Source of the DNA: Candidatus Phycocordibacter aenigmaticus
GTDB taxonomy: Bacteria > Patescibacteriota > Minisyncoccia > Phycocordibacterales > Phycocordibacteraceae
Direction: 5' to 3'
Assembly (NCBI GenBank): GCA_045401115.1
Contig: CP174359.1
Coordinates: 547,247-611,246 of the forward strand
DNA length: 64,000 nucleotides
This document shows positions 29,494 to 39,800 of this stretch, piece by piece. A program made the position numbers and the translations under genes. The first letter of the stretch is position 1, and every line of letters starts with the position of its first letter. The notes under the pieces were generated by a model, which saw only the letters and a program-made list of their open reading frames with translations, was not told the origin of the DNA and searched no databases.

Positions 29494-31431
29494 ATGGATG
29501 AAATGCATGTCATCAAAGTTATACCAATAAGCCGCCGTGGCCTCAAAGGACATCTTTCCTTCTTTTCAAAAAAAGATATCCCTGAAGGAGCAGTTATTGA
29601 TGTACCTGTCCGTGGTAAACCTACACCCGCACTGGTTATTGCCAGTGTTGATGCGCGTGATGAAAAATTATTACTTCGCGGTAGTTCTTTTTCACTTAAA
29701 AAAATAGCACCGAAAAGTATCCGCACTATTTTTCCTGCACATATTATTGCAGCATTTCGTAAGACAGCTGAGTGGCACGCAGTTGGTCTCGGTGAAGTGC
29801 TTGCTCATTTTTCACCAAAAGCTGTACTTACTGCTCCCGTAAAAACTCCAGTTGAAGAAGTAGACCTTACTGACGCACATGCTCCTGCATCAGAAACATT
29901 AGTGCTCCAAGCAAACCTTGACGAGCGTATGCGGATGTATCGCTCATTGGCACGTGAAGCCTTTGCGCGTAACGAGTCTTTGATGATTATTACACCCACT
30001 ATTGCCGAAACTGAAATACTCTACGAGAAACTGCACCGCGGCATCGAAGAATCAGTAATTATCCTCACGAGTGCACTGACTAAAAAGAAATTAATCACAA
30101 CATGGGAGCGTGCAATAAATAGCACGCAACCAGTACTCATCATCGCTACGTATTCATTTGTAGCGCTGCCACGTAATGATTTTAATGCAATTATTATTGA
30201 ACATGAAAATGCCCGTAGCTATACGGCACGTGAACACCCACGTATCGATACACGCGTTGCCGCAGAATATATTGCTCAAGCAAGTAATACTCGTATTATT
30301 TTTGCCGACTTTCCGGTACGTGTTGAAACACGCGCACGACTTGAGTCAGGTGAATTAGAAGAACTAACACGTCTTCAAGTATCGTCACAAAGCACCGGAC
30401 AAATACAGATAATTGACGCAAAAGAAAAGAAAAATATCCCAGCAGACGTAGAAGCGGTTAAAAAGGAAATGCGTCGCCGAAAACAATTCTCTGTATTTAC
30501 CGATGCCGCACGTGAAGCGATTACTCAAGAACTTGCACGCGGTGGGCGCGTCTTTCTCTATGCAACCCGACGCGGCCTGGCGCCGGTAACTGTATGTAAT
30601 GATTGTGGCACTCCAGTGACTGACCCTGCCACCGGCAGTCCAATGACCCTTCATAAAACAAATGAAGGCAATGTATTTCTCTCTTTTTACTCAGGTGCGA
30701 TAATGCCGTCAAATATTTCTTGTAGAGATTGCGGGAGTTGGAACCTTGTGTCTCTTGGTATTGGTGTGCAGCGCGTTATTGAAGAGGTAGAGAAACTGTT
30801 TGAAAATGCGCCATTGTTTTCACTTACTGCTGATACAGCACCAACACACGCGAAAGCAAAAAAAATACAAAGCTACTTCTTTAATACACCCGGTGCAATA
30901 TTAGTAGGCACCGAACGAGCTCTTCCTTATCTCAACGAACCCACTGAACTCTCTGTAGTGACCTCTATTGATTCTCTTCTCTCAATTTCTGCATGGCGGG
31001 CACATGAATATGCGCTTGCAACTCTTTTTTATATTAGCGATCGTACACAAGACCGTCTTCTCATACAAACCCGACTTCCCGATCATCCAGTAATGCATGC
31101 CATGGTAAACGGAAATCCTACTGATTTTATCCGCACTGAACTCGCAGAGAGAAAAAAATTTGGCTATCCACCATTCTCCCTCTTTATTGGCCTCACGTGG
31201 ACCGGTACTGAAAAAACAGTCACGACGATCGGAGAAGAATTAAAAGAACCTTTAGCTCAATGGGATGTGGTTGGTCCTCTTCCTCCCCGTGCCATCAAAA
31301 AAAATCAGTATCTCGCACGTGCGGTAATTCGTGTACCAAAAGACTCATGGCCTCATCCTGAATTAGTTCGGATTATTAAAAACCTACCACGCACCATCAC
31401 CGTTACCGTCAATCCTGACGATATTATTTAG
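29494..31431 (+). CDS. priA: Primosomal protein N' with degenerate helicase motifs
   Basis: N-terminal PriA domain (VPVRGK), RRGLAPVTVCNDCG, CRDCGS..LGIGVQR, LVGTE, IQT, R..FGYPPF; next to def-fmt. Confidence 0.8.
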   Translation: MDEMHVIKVIPISRRGLKGHLSFFSKKDIPEGAVIDVPVRGKPTPALVIASVDARDEKLLLRGSSFSLKKIAPKSIRTIFPAHIIAAFRKTAEWHAVGLGEVLAHFSPKAVLTAPVKTPVEEVDLTDAHAPASETLVLQANLDERMRMYRSLAREAFARNESLMIITPTIAETEILYEKLHRGIEESVIILTSALTKKKLITTWERAINSTQPVLIIATYSFVALPRNDFNAIIIEHENARSYTAREHPRIDTRVAAEYIAQASNTRIIFADFPVRVETRARLESGELEELTRLQVSSQSTGQIQIIDAKEKKNIPADVEAVKKEMRRRKQFSVFTDAAREAITQELARGGRVFLYATRRGLAPVTVCNDCGTPVTDPATGSPMTLHKTNEGNVFLSFYSGAIMPSNISCRDCGSWNLVSLGIGVQRVIEEVEKLFENAPLFSLTADTAPTHAKAKKIQSYFFNTPGAILVGTERALPYLNEPTELSVVTSIDSLLSISAWRAHEYALATLFYISDRTQDRLLIQTRLPDHPVMHAMVNGNPTDFIRTELAERKKFGYPPFSLFIGLTWTGTEKTVTTIGEELKEPLAQWDVVGPLPPRAIKKNQYLARAVIRVPKDSWPHPELVRIIKNLPRTITVTVNPDDII

Positions 31432-31478
31432 AACATACCTAAAAGCATAGAATACTGTTTTCAGTTATACTGCACATT

Positions 31479-32039
31479 ATGGAAAAGGAGATTGTTTTCG
31501 AAGGTGATCCGGTGCTCAGAGCTATAGCTAAAGAGGTCCCCCGTGACCTTTTTGGCAGCAAAAAACTCTATGACATCATTGCTAATATGCAACGTGCACT
31601 GCGTAATACCGAATACGGAGTTGCTATTGCCGCACCACAAATTGGCGTATCGTACCGTATATTTTTGGTCCGTGGTTTCGTTATGCAGAATAATGAAAAA
31701 AATGATGAAGATGAAGATGTTGTATTCATTAATCCAACTATTGTTCGCACTTCAAAAGCAACTATTGAAATTGACGGGGAAGGATGTCTCTCGGTGCCTC
31801 ATATTTATGGCACCGTCGTAAGACATGAAAAAGTAGCTGTACAAGCTTACGATGCACAAGGGAAAAAATTTGAGCGTGGCGGTAGTGGTTTAATCGCGGA
31901 AATCTATGAACATGAAATTGAGCACCTTGATGGTATTTTATTTATTGATAAGGCAGTTAATTTACGTGAAGAAATAAAAAAACCCACTGATAATGATGAA
32001 GAAGAAGATAATGAATCAACTCTAAAAACACATGAATAA
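31479..32039 (+). CDS. def: Peptide deformylase
   Basis: GVAIAAPQIG, EGCLSVP, HEIEHLDG. Confidence 0.96.
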   Translation: MEKEIVFEGDPVLRAIAKEVPRDLFGSKKLYDIIANMQRALRNTEYGVAIAAPQIGVSYRIFLVRGFVMQNNEKNDEDEDVVFINPTIVRTSKATIEIDGEGCLSVPHIYGTVVRHEKVAVQAYDAQGKKFERGGSGLIAEIYEHEIEHLDGILFIDKAVNLREEIKKPTDNDEEEDNESTLKTHE

Positions 32040-32907
32040 CAAACCTACTATCGTATTTTTTGGTACCCCTCACTTTGCAGTGCAGACACTTGAAGCGCTA
32101 GAAGCAGCGCAGCTACTCCCCGACATCGTTATCACCGCCCCTGATAAACCTGCTGGGCGCGGTCTTCTTTTAAAACCTTCACCTGTTAAAGAGTGGGCGG
32201 AAGATCGGGAGATTCCTGTATTGGAACCAGAAAGCTTAAAAAAAGACAGCGAAACGCTTGATTTACTTTATAACTCAGAGTGGGACCTCTTTATCGTATC
32301 GGCATACGGTAAAATTCTACCAAAAGCTATTATTGACCTACCAGCTCATGGCACATTAAATGTACATCCTTCACTACTTCCCCGTTTTCGTGGCGCCTCT
32401 CCTATTGAAAGTCAGATATTAGAAAACGAGCAGAACACTGGAGTTACTATCATGCTTATGGATGAGGAACTTGATCATGGTCCTGTACTTGCTCAAGCAT
32501 CGGTTACTCCTGAAGAGTGGCCACTTACTGCCCCGCTTCTTGATGAGCTTCTTGGCCATGTTGGCGGTGAACTTCTCACTGAAACTATCCCTACATGGAT
32601 TGCTGGCGAAATAACTCCTGAAGCGCAAAATCATGACAAAGCAACATATACACGTAAAATAGAAAAAGCAGATGGAGAAATTGATCTTACTGACGACGGG
32701 TATCAAAACTATCTAAAGTATTGTGCCTACTCCGGCTGGCCAGGAACCTTTTTTAGGCATATAAAAAATGACGGGGACATGATACGTGTAAAAATCACCG
32801 ACGCCACGTTTGAAGATGGCGCATTCATACCACGCTTGGTAGTTCCTGAAGGTAAAAAAGAAACGGAATATACAACGTTTCTTAATAATGTCGGTAGTAG
32901 TGCCTAA
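32032..32907 (+). CDS. fmt: Methionyl-tRNA formyltransferase
   Basis: FFGTPHF, PDKPAGRG, NVHPSLLPRFRGASP, LDHGP. Confidence 0.96.
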   Translation: MNNKPTIVFFGTPHFAVQTLEALEAAQLLPDIVITAPDKPAGRGLLLKPSPVKEWAEDREIPVLEPESLKKDSETLDLLYNSEWDLFIVSAYGKILPKAIIDLPAHGTLNVHPSLLPRFRGASPIESQILENEQNTGVTIMLMDEELDHGPVLAQASVTPEEWPLTAPLLDELLGHVGGELLTETIPTWIAGEITPEAQNHDKATYTRKIEKADGEIDLTDDGYQNYLKYCAYSGWPGTFFRHIKNDGDMIRVKITDATFEDGAFIPRLVVPEGKKETEYTTFLNNVGSSA

Positions 32908-33275
32908 CCTTTCCGTCCAAAGTTTCTAAAGAAATCTTTAATTTGTTTTCCACCACGACGTGCAAGATCACGTTTTTTCTCGCGTGTCTTTTTTAATTCC
33001 CGCCGCATCTCTTTCACTGTCTCGTCAATAGCATTACGGAGTGTCTCATTCACCGCATCAGCATACAAATCGCCGCCGGCGAATGTAAGATGAATTTCAC
33101 CACGAAATACATCACCTGACTTCTGCCCTTCAGTGGTGGTGCCTACCTCAACCTGTGCGAGTGCTGAATCATCACCTTTTACAAACACCTCAAGTTTGCT
33201 GACTTTCTTTTCAATAAGTGTAGTAAGTTCCTCATTAAGCGTGACTGAACCGGTCGTTTTTATTTTTATTTGCAT
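32904..33275 (-). CDS. Ribosome hibernation factor HPF/RaiA family
   Basis: MQIKIKT...IEKKVSKL...LRNAIDE..KEMRRELKK S30EA-like pattern. Confidence 0.8.
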   Translation of the reverse strand: MQIKIKTTGSVTLNEELTTLIEKKVSKLEVFVKGDDSALAQVEVGTTTEGQKSGDVFRGEIHLTFAGGDLYADAVNETLRNAIDETVKEMRRELKKTREKKRDLARRGGKQIKDFFRNFGRKG

Positions 33276-33280
33276 TATTC

Positions 33281-33544
33281 TTATGATACCGCACTATCAT
33301 TTTCCTGCCCATTATTTGGGGTGTTTATAGATACCGAAAAGACCTTTTTTCGTGACCGGTGGCCACTAACCAGACGCACATCGCCTAAGGAAACCTTATA
33401 ATGCAAAGCAATAACTTCTCGTACTCGTTTATTTGCCGCGTTGGCAACAGGTGGTTCACGTACCGAAATACTGAGCATTGTTTCATCCTCAACAATAATG
33501 TGCTCTTTTTTAGCACCCGGGGTGACTTTCACTGCAATATACAT
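33281..33544 (-). CDS. DUF167 (YggU-like) protein
   Basis: VKVTPGAK, VREPP...AN, LVSGHRSRKK. Confidence 0.88.
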   Translation of the reverse strand: MYIAVKVTPGAKKEHIIVEDETMLSISVREPPVANAANKRVREVIALHYKVSLGDVRLVSGHRSRKKVFSVSINTPNNGQENDSAVS

Positions 33545-33548
33545 TCCA

Positions 33549-33839
33549 CTATAGATCGCAGATATGAGTTGTTGTGTCCTTAAAGCGAGAAGAGTCGCCG
33601 GTAAACTTTTTACATAAATATTCTACAATAGCGTCAGATTCATAGGTGGAAAAATCATTTTCATCGTCCACTAAAAATGGCACTTGGCGCACGCCTCCGA
33701 GGTGTAGTAGTTCATCAAGATTCGCTTCCTCAGAAATTTCTTTAATTGTTGCCTCAACACCGAGCTCTTCTACGGCACGAAGTACTTTTCGTGAATAAGG
33801 ACAATGTGGTTTTACATAAAGTGTAATCATACGGAGCAT
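33549..33839 (-). CDS. Glutaredoxin / GST N-terminal domain protein
   Basis: CPYS, QVPFL, YESDAIVEYL. Confidence 0.85.
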   Translation of the reverse strand: MLRMITLYVKPHCPYSRKVLRAVEELGVEATIKEISEEANLDELLHLGGVRQVPFLVDDENDFSTYESDAIVEYLCKKFTGDSSRFKDTTTHICDL

Positions 33840-33928
33840 AGTGTATCACATCGCCTCACTTGCTTTCTCATTTACTTTCTCGTTATACTAAGGGACACAC
33901 ATATATTACTCACTAACAAAAAAACAAT

Positions 33929-34465
33929 ATGAAAGAAGGAAATCGCATCCCCGATGTAGTGTTTAAAACCCGTGTTCGTGATGAATCAGTACCAGGTGAA
34001 AACCCATATCGTTGGGAAGATAAAACCAGTGCTGATATCTTTGGCGACAAAAAGGTAGTTGTATTTGCACTTCCAGGAGCATTTACTCCAACATGTTCAT
34101 CAACACACGCACCGGGCTACGAAGCAAAGTATGACGAATTTAAGCAGCTAGGCATTGATGAAGTTATCTGTCTTTCAGTAAACGATGCGTTCGTTATGAA
34201 AAAGTGGGCTGACGACCTTGGTATTAAAAAGGTATACATGCTTCCTGATGGAAATGCAGACTTTACCCGTGGCATGGATATGCTTGTTAAGAAAGAGAAT
34301 CTCGGCTTTGGCGATCGTTCATGGCGTTACGCTATGTATGTTGAAGATGGAGAAATTAAAAAGATGTTCATTGAGCCAGGTAAAAATGATAACCATCCTG
34401 ACGATCCGTTTGAGACATCAGACGCAGATACAATGCTTGAATATCTTAAGGAAAACGCGAGTTAG
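33929..34465 (+). CDS. Peroxiredoxin (Prx5/redoxin family)
   Basis: FALPGAFTPTCS, SVNDAFVM, PDGN, RSWRYAM. Confidence 0.94.
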   Translation: MKEGNRIPDVVFKTRVRDESVPGENPYRWEDKTSADIFGDKKVVVFALPGAFTPTCSSTHAPGYEAKYDEFKQLGIDEVICLSVNDAFVMKKWADDLGIKKVYMLPDGNADFTRGMDMLVKKENLGFGDRSWRYAMYVEDGEIKKMFIEPGKNDNHPDDPFETSDADTMLEYLKENAS

Positions 34466-34484
34466 GTGATACAACACGTTATTC

Positions 34485-34515
34485 AAAAAACGGACATTAC
34501 GATGTCCGTTTTTTT
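34485..34515. terminator. Bidirectional intrinsic terminator
   Basis: AAAAAACGGACAT-TACG-ATGTCCGTTTTTTT between convergent genes. Confidence 0.85.
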
Positions 34516-34846
34516 AATATATAAGAATACCTAACACAATAAACGCGTCGATGAAAATTAAGAACGAGGAACCAAATAAAATTGGATATTCTTTATGCAC
34601 CAGCGCATACACAAAGTACACCATTGCATTAAGAGTGAATATACTCCATGTCACCAGCGATAGATTACTTGCATCCTGTGTACTCCAAATAATCCATGCT
34701 TGCGGGATAGTGCCAAACGCAATAATAAATCCGAAAAGCATCATCAAGTAATCCAGTCCACGAATAAGTGGGTTTGGGTGTGGATATGGTTCACAATGTA
34801 CTTTTACCCGTTTTCGTTTTCCTTGGTGCTGTGGGGCATGTGTCAT
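34514..34846 (-). CDS. SemiSWEET/PQ-loop family membrane protein
   Basis: TIPQAWIIW..QDASNLSL, three TM helices. Confidence 0.8.
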   Translation of the reverse strand: MTHAPQHQGKRKRVKVHCEPYPHPNPLIRGLDYLMMLFGFIIAFGTIPQAWIIWSTQDASNLSLVTWSIFTLNAMVYFVYALVHKEYPILFGSSFLIFIDAFIVLGILIY

Positions 34847-34901
34847 ATCGTGTAGATTTTTAAAATTAAATTAATCGTCATTAAATATAAAGTATACTAC
34901 C

Positions 34902-35399
34902 CTATCCGATGAGTTTACGGTGCACCGCGCCGGTGGAAATCAGCAACACGATACCCACTAACAGCGCAACAGATGGATTCTGTAGAAACGGCACTGTACC
35001 AATAATTCCCCAAGCACCATACCAAGTAAGCCAACCACCTAATACTACCGCAACGCCCCAGAACAATGTCTTCAGTTGAATGTATGACGTAACTTTCTTT
35101 AATTCTTCTTTTAATTTCTTTTTACTCAACTTTTCCTGTTCAGCAAAATGTTCGTCAATGCGTTCTTCAAGTTTTTCTGTTACTTCATCGGCAATATATT
35201 CTTCGATATCATCAGAGACAATACTCGCGATATCTTCTGTAAGATTTTCAACTTCGCTCGTACCACCCTTTCCTATATCTTCAGCAATAGAATCAAGTTG
35301 GGATTCTATACTGGTAATACGAGAATCAAGCTCTGTATAAATATCAGAACGTAATTGATTGAGCAACTGTCGTAGCTCTGATGTTTTTTTGTCAGTCAA
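34902..35399 (-). CDS. Hypothetical protein, coiled coil plus two C-terminal TM
   Basis: Acidic coiled coil, then VVLGGWLTWYGAWG; TTG start. Confidence 0.7.
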   Translation of the reverse strand: MTDKKTSELRQLLNQLRSDIYTELDSRITSIESQLDSIAEDIGKGGTSEVENLTEDIASIVSDDIEEYIADEVTEKLEERIDEHFAEQEKLSKKKLKEELKKVTSYIQLKTLFWGVAVVLGGWLTWYGAWGIIGTVPFLQNPSVALLVGIVLLISTGAVHRKLIG

Positions 35400-35519
35400 A
35401 TCTTGATTCGTTTATTGTAATCTGCGGATTTTATACTCCGCAACACCACATTGTCAATCAGTTGTATCTGTCTATATCTTTTTTGCTTTTACCGCCATCG
35501 TTACGTACAGTAGAGGAAT

Positions 35520-37001
35520 ATGCAACTCACCAAAACTGACTTTAAAGAGTTCCTCCTCTGCAGTAAATGTTTGTGGTTCAAAAAGAAAAAACCGGACGAA
35601 TATGTCCCTGGTGAGTTTTCACTCTTTTTACAAAAACTTATCAAAGACGGTTATGAAGCGGAACGTTACGTGCAAACACTCTTCCCAGACGGTGTAGCGC
35701 TTAACGGCGATAAAGAAACACTCCTTGAAAAAACCCAACAACATTTGACGAAGAAACAAACCATGTTTCAAGCAACGTTCGCACTCCCTGACGGCCGTTT
35801 TGCCAAAGTTGACATCCTTGCCTATAACGAAGGTACTAAGAAGTGGGACCTCTACGAGATCAAAGCCTCCTCTGAAATAAAAACTGATATTAAACATAAC
35901 CATATTAAAGACGCTGTATTTCAAACTATGTTGGTGGAAGAAGCAGGGGTGCCGATAGATAAAACATACATGGTATATATCAACCGTGATTATCGACGCG
36001 ATGGCGAAGTAAACCCGCACAGTCTTTTTATAGTAGAAGATATAACCGAAACAGTAGTCGAACAGAAACCACAGGTAGCGCAAGAAATTAAGGTCGCCCT
36101 CGAGATGCTTACACGAGACGAAGTGTCACTGAAAGGGTGTGACTGTTTGTATAAGAGTCACGGCCAACGATGCGATATGTTTAGTGAATTCAATCCTCAA
36201 GTGCCCGAATATTCGGTTCATCACATCCTCACCGGTAAAAAATTAATGCAACTGTTAGACGACGGAGTTCTGGAAGTGACCGATATACCTGAAGATTTCC
36301 CTCTCACTGATATACAACAAAACAAAGTGGTCTTACAAAAAACCGGCAAGCCGCAGATAGACACGGAGCGTATTCGCAAAACTCTCAACGATCTCCAGTT
36401 CCCACTTTATTTCCTTGATTATGAAACCTACGGTTCACCTATCCCCCTCCTTGATGGATACAAACCAAACCAACAAGTAGTGTTCCAAGTATCTATACAT
36501 ACACTGCATGAAGATGGCATCCTTGAACACGCTGAATATCTTGCTGATACTCTTGAATATGCCACTAAGGAACTTATGCAAACACTCAAAAAAACTATCG
36601 GCGCTACTGGAAACATAGTTGTCTGGTATGAGTCGTTTGAAAAAGGACGCAATCTTGAGCTCGCAGAACTTCACCCTGAATATAAAGATTTTCTTCTCGA
36701 CATGAATAGTCGAGTGTTTGATCTTATGAAAGTATTTAAAAAAGACTACTTACACCCTGAATTTCGCGGCAGCGCGTCTATTAAAAATGTTTTGCCAGTG
36801 TTATTGCCGGAACTCTCCTATAAATCTCTTGAAATTCAAAACGGCACTATGGCGCTAAGTGAATGGGAGAAAATGATTAAAGGGGCGCTGGATGATGAAC
36901 AAAAAGGCAGTACTCGGGAAAATCTTCTTAAGTACTGTGCGCTCGACACACTCGCTATGGTGGAGATATATAAAAAGCTAAAAAAAGAAGTAACGAACTA
37001 G
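35520..37001 (+). CDS. DUF2779 domain protein (N-terminal PD-(D/E)xK-like + RNase H-like domain)
   Basis: C.KCLW, FQATF, VDIL...YEIKAS, LYFLDYET, SIKNVLP, YCALDT. Confidence 0.82.
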   Translation: MQLTKTDFKEFLLCSKCLWFKKKKPDEYVPGEFSLFLQKLIKDGYEAERYVQTLFPDGVALNGDKETLLEKTQQHLTKKQTMFQATFALPDGRFAKVDILAYNEGTKKWDLYEIKASSEIKTDIKHNHIKDAVFQTMLVEEAGVPIDKTYMVYINRDYRRDGEVNPHSLFIVEDITETVVEQKPQVAQEIKVALEMLTRDEVSLKGCDCLYKSHGQRCDMFSEFNPQVPEYSVHHILTGKKLMQLLDDGVLEVTDIPEDFPLTDIQQNKVVLQKTGKPQIDTERIRKTLNDLQFPLYFLDYETYGSPIPLLDGYKPNQQVVFQVSIHTLHEDGILEHAEYLADTLEYATKELMQTLKKTIGATGNIVVWYESFEKGRNLELAELHPEYKDFLLDMNSRVFDLMKVFKKDYLHPEFRGSASIKNVLPVLLPELSYKSLEIQNGTMALSEWEKMIKGALDDEQKGSTRENLLKYCALDTLAMVEIYKKLKKEVTN

Positions 37002-37017
37002 AATATAATAGAACGGT

Positions 37018-37773
37018 ATGCGTATCACCTCTTGGAATATTTTTTATAAAAATAAACGCTTGGACGATGTAATTATACACTTGGCGCGCAGTACCAATGA
37101 CATTATCTGTCTACAAGAGGTACCTGAACACGCATTACCTCATCTCGATACATTGCCATATCATATGGCACACCAACACACTTTTACTACCAATACCGGC
37201 GAACATATATACTTAGTAACGCTCTCGCGGCATAAAATTACATCACAAAAAAGTATTGCATTTCCAAGCGAGTGGTACAAACGCCCGTCGCTATTCGCAC
37301 GCCTACTTGGTAGCTGTATCGGATGGCATCAGCCGTATCAAGATAGAGCGGCGCTTTTAGTAACAACCACCATTAATGATGCGCCACTGCAAATATTGAA
37401 CATGCATTTAAGTGTCGTGTTCGTGCATGAAAATGTCCGCATCAATGAATTTACAAAAAGTATCGCAACAATTGATGCCACACAACCGCATATTATTTGC
37501 GGTGATTTAAATATTCTTGAGCAACCACATGTAAAAATCATTAACTGGATTATGGGTGGTAGTTTATTTAAAAATGAACGTGCTCTGTTTGAAGACGTAT
37601 TTAGTACACATCACCTCAGTAACCCACTGCGTGGATGTATGACACACTGGTTCACTCGCTCACAGCTCGATCATATATTAGTAAGCGAACACACCACTAT
37701 AGAACAGGCATGGGTAGAGAAAAATACGACTGGCTCTGACCATAATCCTGTACACGTTCATCTAAATACATAG
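37018..37773 (+). CDS. Endonuclease/exonuclease/phosphatase family protein
   Basis: SWNI, CLQEV, CGDLN, LDHI, SDH. Confidence 0.9.
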   Translation: MRITSWNIFYKNKRLDDVIIHLARSTNDIICLQEVPEHALPHLDTLPYHMAHQHTFTTNTGEHIYLVTLSRHKITSQKSIAFPSEWYKRPSLFARLLGSCIGWHQPYQDRAALLVTTTINDAPLQILNMHLSVVFVHENVRINEFTKSIATIDATQPHIICGDLNILEQPHVKIINWIMGGSLFKNERALFEDVFSTHHLSNPLRGCMTHWFTRSQLDHILVSEHTTIEQAWVEKNTTGSDHNPVHVHLNT

Positions 37774-37784
37774 CTACAAAATTA

Positions 37785-38201
37785 TTACGAAGCGCATTTT
37801 AACAACTTGATCACTCGTAAAAAAATTTCTTGATGTTTACCTCTAATTAAAGGATTATTTACAATATCGTGCTCAGACACAAACGCACCATACTCTCCTT
37901 CTTGTACGTTTACCAACGACTCAAAGTCTTCATCTACTTCTTTACCAAATAAAGATACTACTGAAACATATTCCTCAAATTCACCAAAATACCTACACTG
38001 AGCAGGCTCAATAGTAATAGACAGTTCTTCTTGTATCTCGCGCACCAATGCATCCTCAGCCGATTCCCCTCTCTCACAAGAACCGCCAAAAAGACCATAC
38101 ATACCAGGGTTATGTGGTGCGTCCTGTGTACGCATCTGTAAATACAAAAAGTGCTCCCCGTCTATTTCTTTATAAGGAAGGAAGCCGGCGGTTTTGTTCA
38201 T
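37785..38201 (-). CDS. NUDIX hydrolase
   Basis: GGSCERGESAEDALVREIQEEL Nudix box. Confidence 0.9.
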   Translation of the reverse strand: MNKTAGFLPYKEIDGEHFLYLQMRTQDAPHNPGMYGLFGGSCERGESAEDALVREIQEELSITIEPAQCRYFGEFEEYVSVVSLFGKEVDEDFESLVNVQEGEYGAFVSEHDIVNNPLIRGKHQEIFLRVIKLLKCAS

Positions 38202-38209
38202 AGATATTA

Positions 38210-38779
38210 TTACTCTATCATCTGGTTTTCACTATCTCTATCGATATTAGAGCGTTCATTATATGTATTATGCACGCGACGTTCTGCTTCTTCTTCACTC
38301 AAACGCTCTCCTGAAACTGTTTCCGCATACTCCGCAGCTTGCTCAACCACCTCAGCTGAAGGCGTACACTTATACTCGTCATCATTCACGTCATACGCAT
38401 CTCTACATTCACGTATACAAACCCACTCACCATAGGACATATCATTTACCCGCGTCACACCAGATTCATATGCATCCTTAAAGTCTAACCGTGTTTGTTT
38501 GTATGGCGCATACCAATAACCGGCTTTAAATTCAGAACCATCTGCAGCAACAAAATCATGTGTGCAAAGCGCTGCCATGCGTCCCTCAAATTTAAGTACT
38601 AAACAATCATCAACAATAATTGTGAATCCTTCTCTCATTGAAGTGAAGAGTCGTGATTCTGCAGAACTACAAAGTGTATATTCATGATCGCTTTCTGGAA
38701 TAACCCGCGCCTCAGTCATAGGAAATTGAGGCCTCAGAAAACTTATTGGTTTTTCATAATTACCATTCCGCATACACAA
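38210..38779 (-). CDS. Hypothetical protein
   Basis: 189-aa ORF, acidic C-terminus, upstream TTGACA promoter-like palindrome; start uncertain. Confidence 0.55.
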   Translation of the reverse strand: MCMRNGNYEKPISFLRPQFPMTEARVIPESDHEYTLCSSAESRLFTSMREGFTIIVDDCLVLKFEGRMAALCTHDFVAADGSEFKAGYWYAPYKQTRLDFKDAYESGVTRVNDMSYGEWVCIRECRDAYDVNDDEYKCTPSAEVVEQAAEYAETVSGERLSEEEAERRVHNTYNERSNIDRDSENQMIE

Positions 38780-38852
38780 TGTTGCAACATTAAGAGTATA
38801 TAACTATGACATATATAATATATATGTCAATTTTCACTATAATAAAGTACGA

Positions 38853-38882
38853 ATAAACAGCTCACCTAGGTGAGCTGTTTAT
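38853..38882. terminator. Terminator hairpin
   Basis: ATAAACAGCTCACC-TA-GGTGAGCTGTTTAT. Confidence 0.75.
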
Positions 38883-38914
38883 GTGAGGTCAATAGTATGT
38901 AATTTTAGAATCAC

Positions 38915-39400
38915 TTATTCTACAACCGGTACAATTTCCTTTATTACCACTGGGTCCACAGGACGATCTTGTGCTTCTGTTGGTACTACTTGAATCGCTT
39001 CTACAATATCCATACCTTCTGTCACCTTTCCAAACACCGTATGTTTATCATCAAGGAAATTATTATCGGCAACATTAATAAAGAACTGACTTCCGTTCGT
39101 ATCAGGCCCGGCGTTTGCCATAGCAATAGTGCCCACTTCATTTCTGTTGTGTTCATGAATCTCGTCGGCAAAACTATAGCCAGGACCACCAGTTCCCCAC
39201 ATTTCCTGCGCAGTATCATCTTTAGTTAATGGGTCCCCTCCTTGAATCATAAACCCAGGAATAATACGGTGAAATTTCACCCCATTATAGAAACCTTCTG
39301 TAGCAAGTTTTATAAAATTCTCAACTGTATGTGGTGCATCTGTATCATTAAGTTCAATGGTAATGTCCCCCATTGATGTTTTCATTATTACTGTTTTCAT
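38915..39400 (-). CDS. Cyclophilin-type peptidyl-prolyl isomerase
   Basis: FHRIIPGFMIQGGDP, AMANAGPDTNGSQFFI, HTVFG. Confidence 0.96.
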   Translation of the reverse strand: MKTVIMKTSMGDITIELNDTDAPHTVENFIKLATEGFYNGVKFHRIIPGFMIQGGDPLTKDDTAQEMWGTGGPGYSFADEIHEHNRNEVGTIAMANAGPDTNGSQFFINVADNNFLDDKHTVFGKVTEGMDIVEAIQVVPTEAQDRPVDPVVIKEIVPVVE

Positions 39401-39473
39401 ATTACGTTTTTCTTTTTATTTATTTTTGAGCAGTATACCATTCTCTATAGAAGTCGTACTGTTGCCATAATAT

Positions 39474-39734
39474 TTATTTATGCGGATCAGTCACCTCAAT
39501 GATGTGTTGGAGTGATTTCGGCAGACGTTTGTATAAGGCACGGATGGTGCTTTCAAAGCCTGGGCGCGCAAGACGTTGTGTCTTAATAAGACGCTGCATC
39601 CAAGGCTCTGAAATAGCAAGCACCAACGCACCCAACGCGATAAGTAATAGCCCAACTGGGACTGGAAGTGGAAATAAGAGCAACCCAATAGCAACTAAGG
39701 TGAGTCCAAAAACATCAAGAGAAAAACGCTTCAT
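39474..39734 (-). CDS. Small membrane protein (PGPGW-like)
   Basis: GLLLFPLPVPVGLLLIALG hairpin followed by basic tail. Confidence 0.7.
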   Translation of the reverse strand: MKRFSLDVFGLTLVAIGLLLFPLPVPVGLLLIALGALVLAISEPWMQRLIKTQRLARPGFESTIRALYKRLPKSLQHIIEVTDPHK

Positions 39735-39800
39735 CTCTGTTCAGTATACCAACCCCTATTACACATCAAAAAACCCTTATTGGGTTGGCGGTACTAATAT

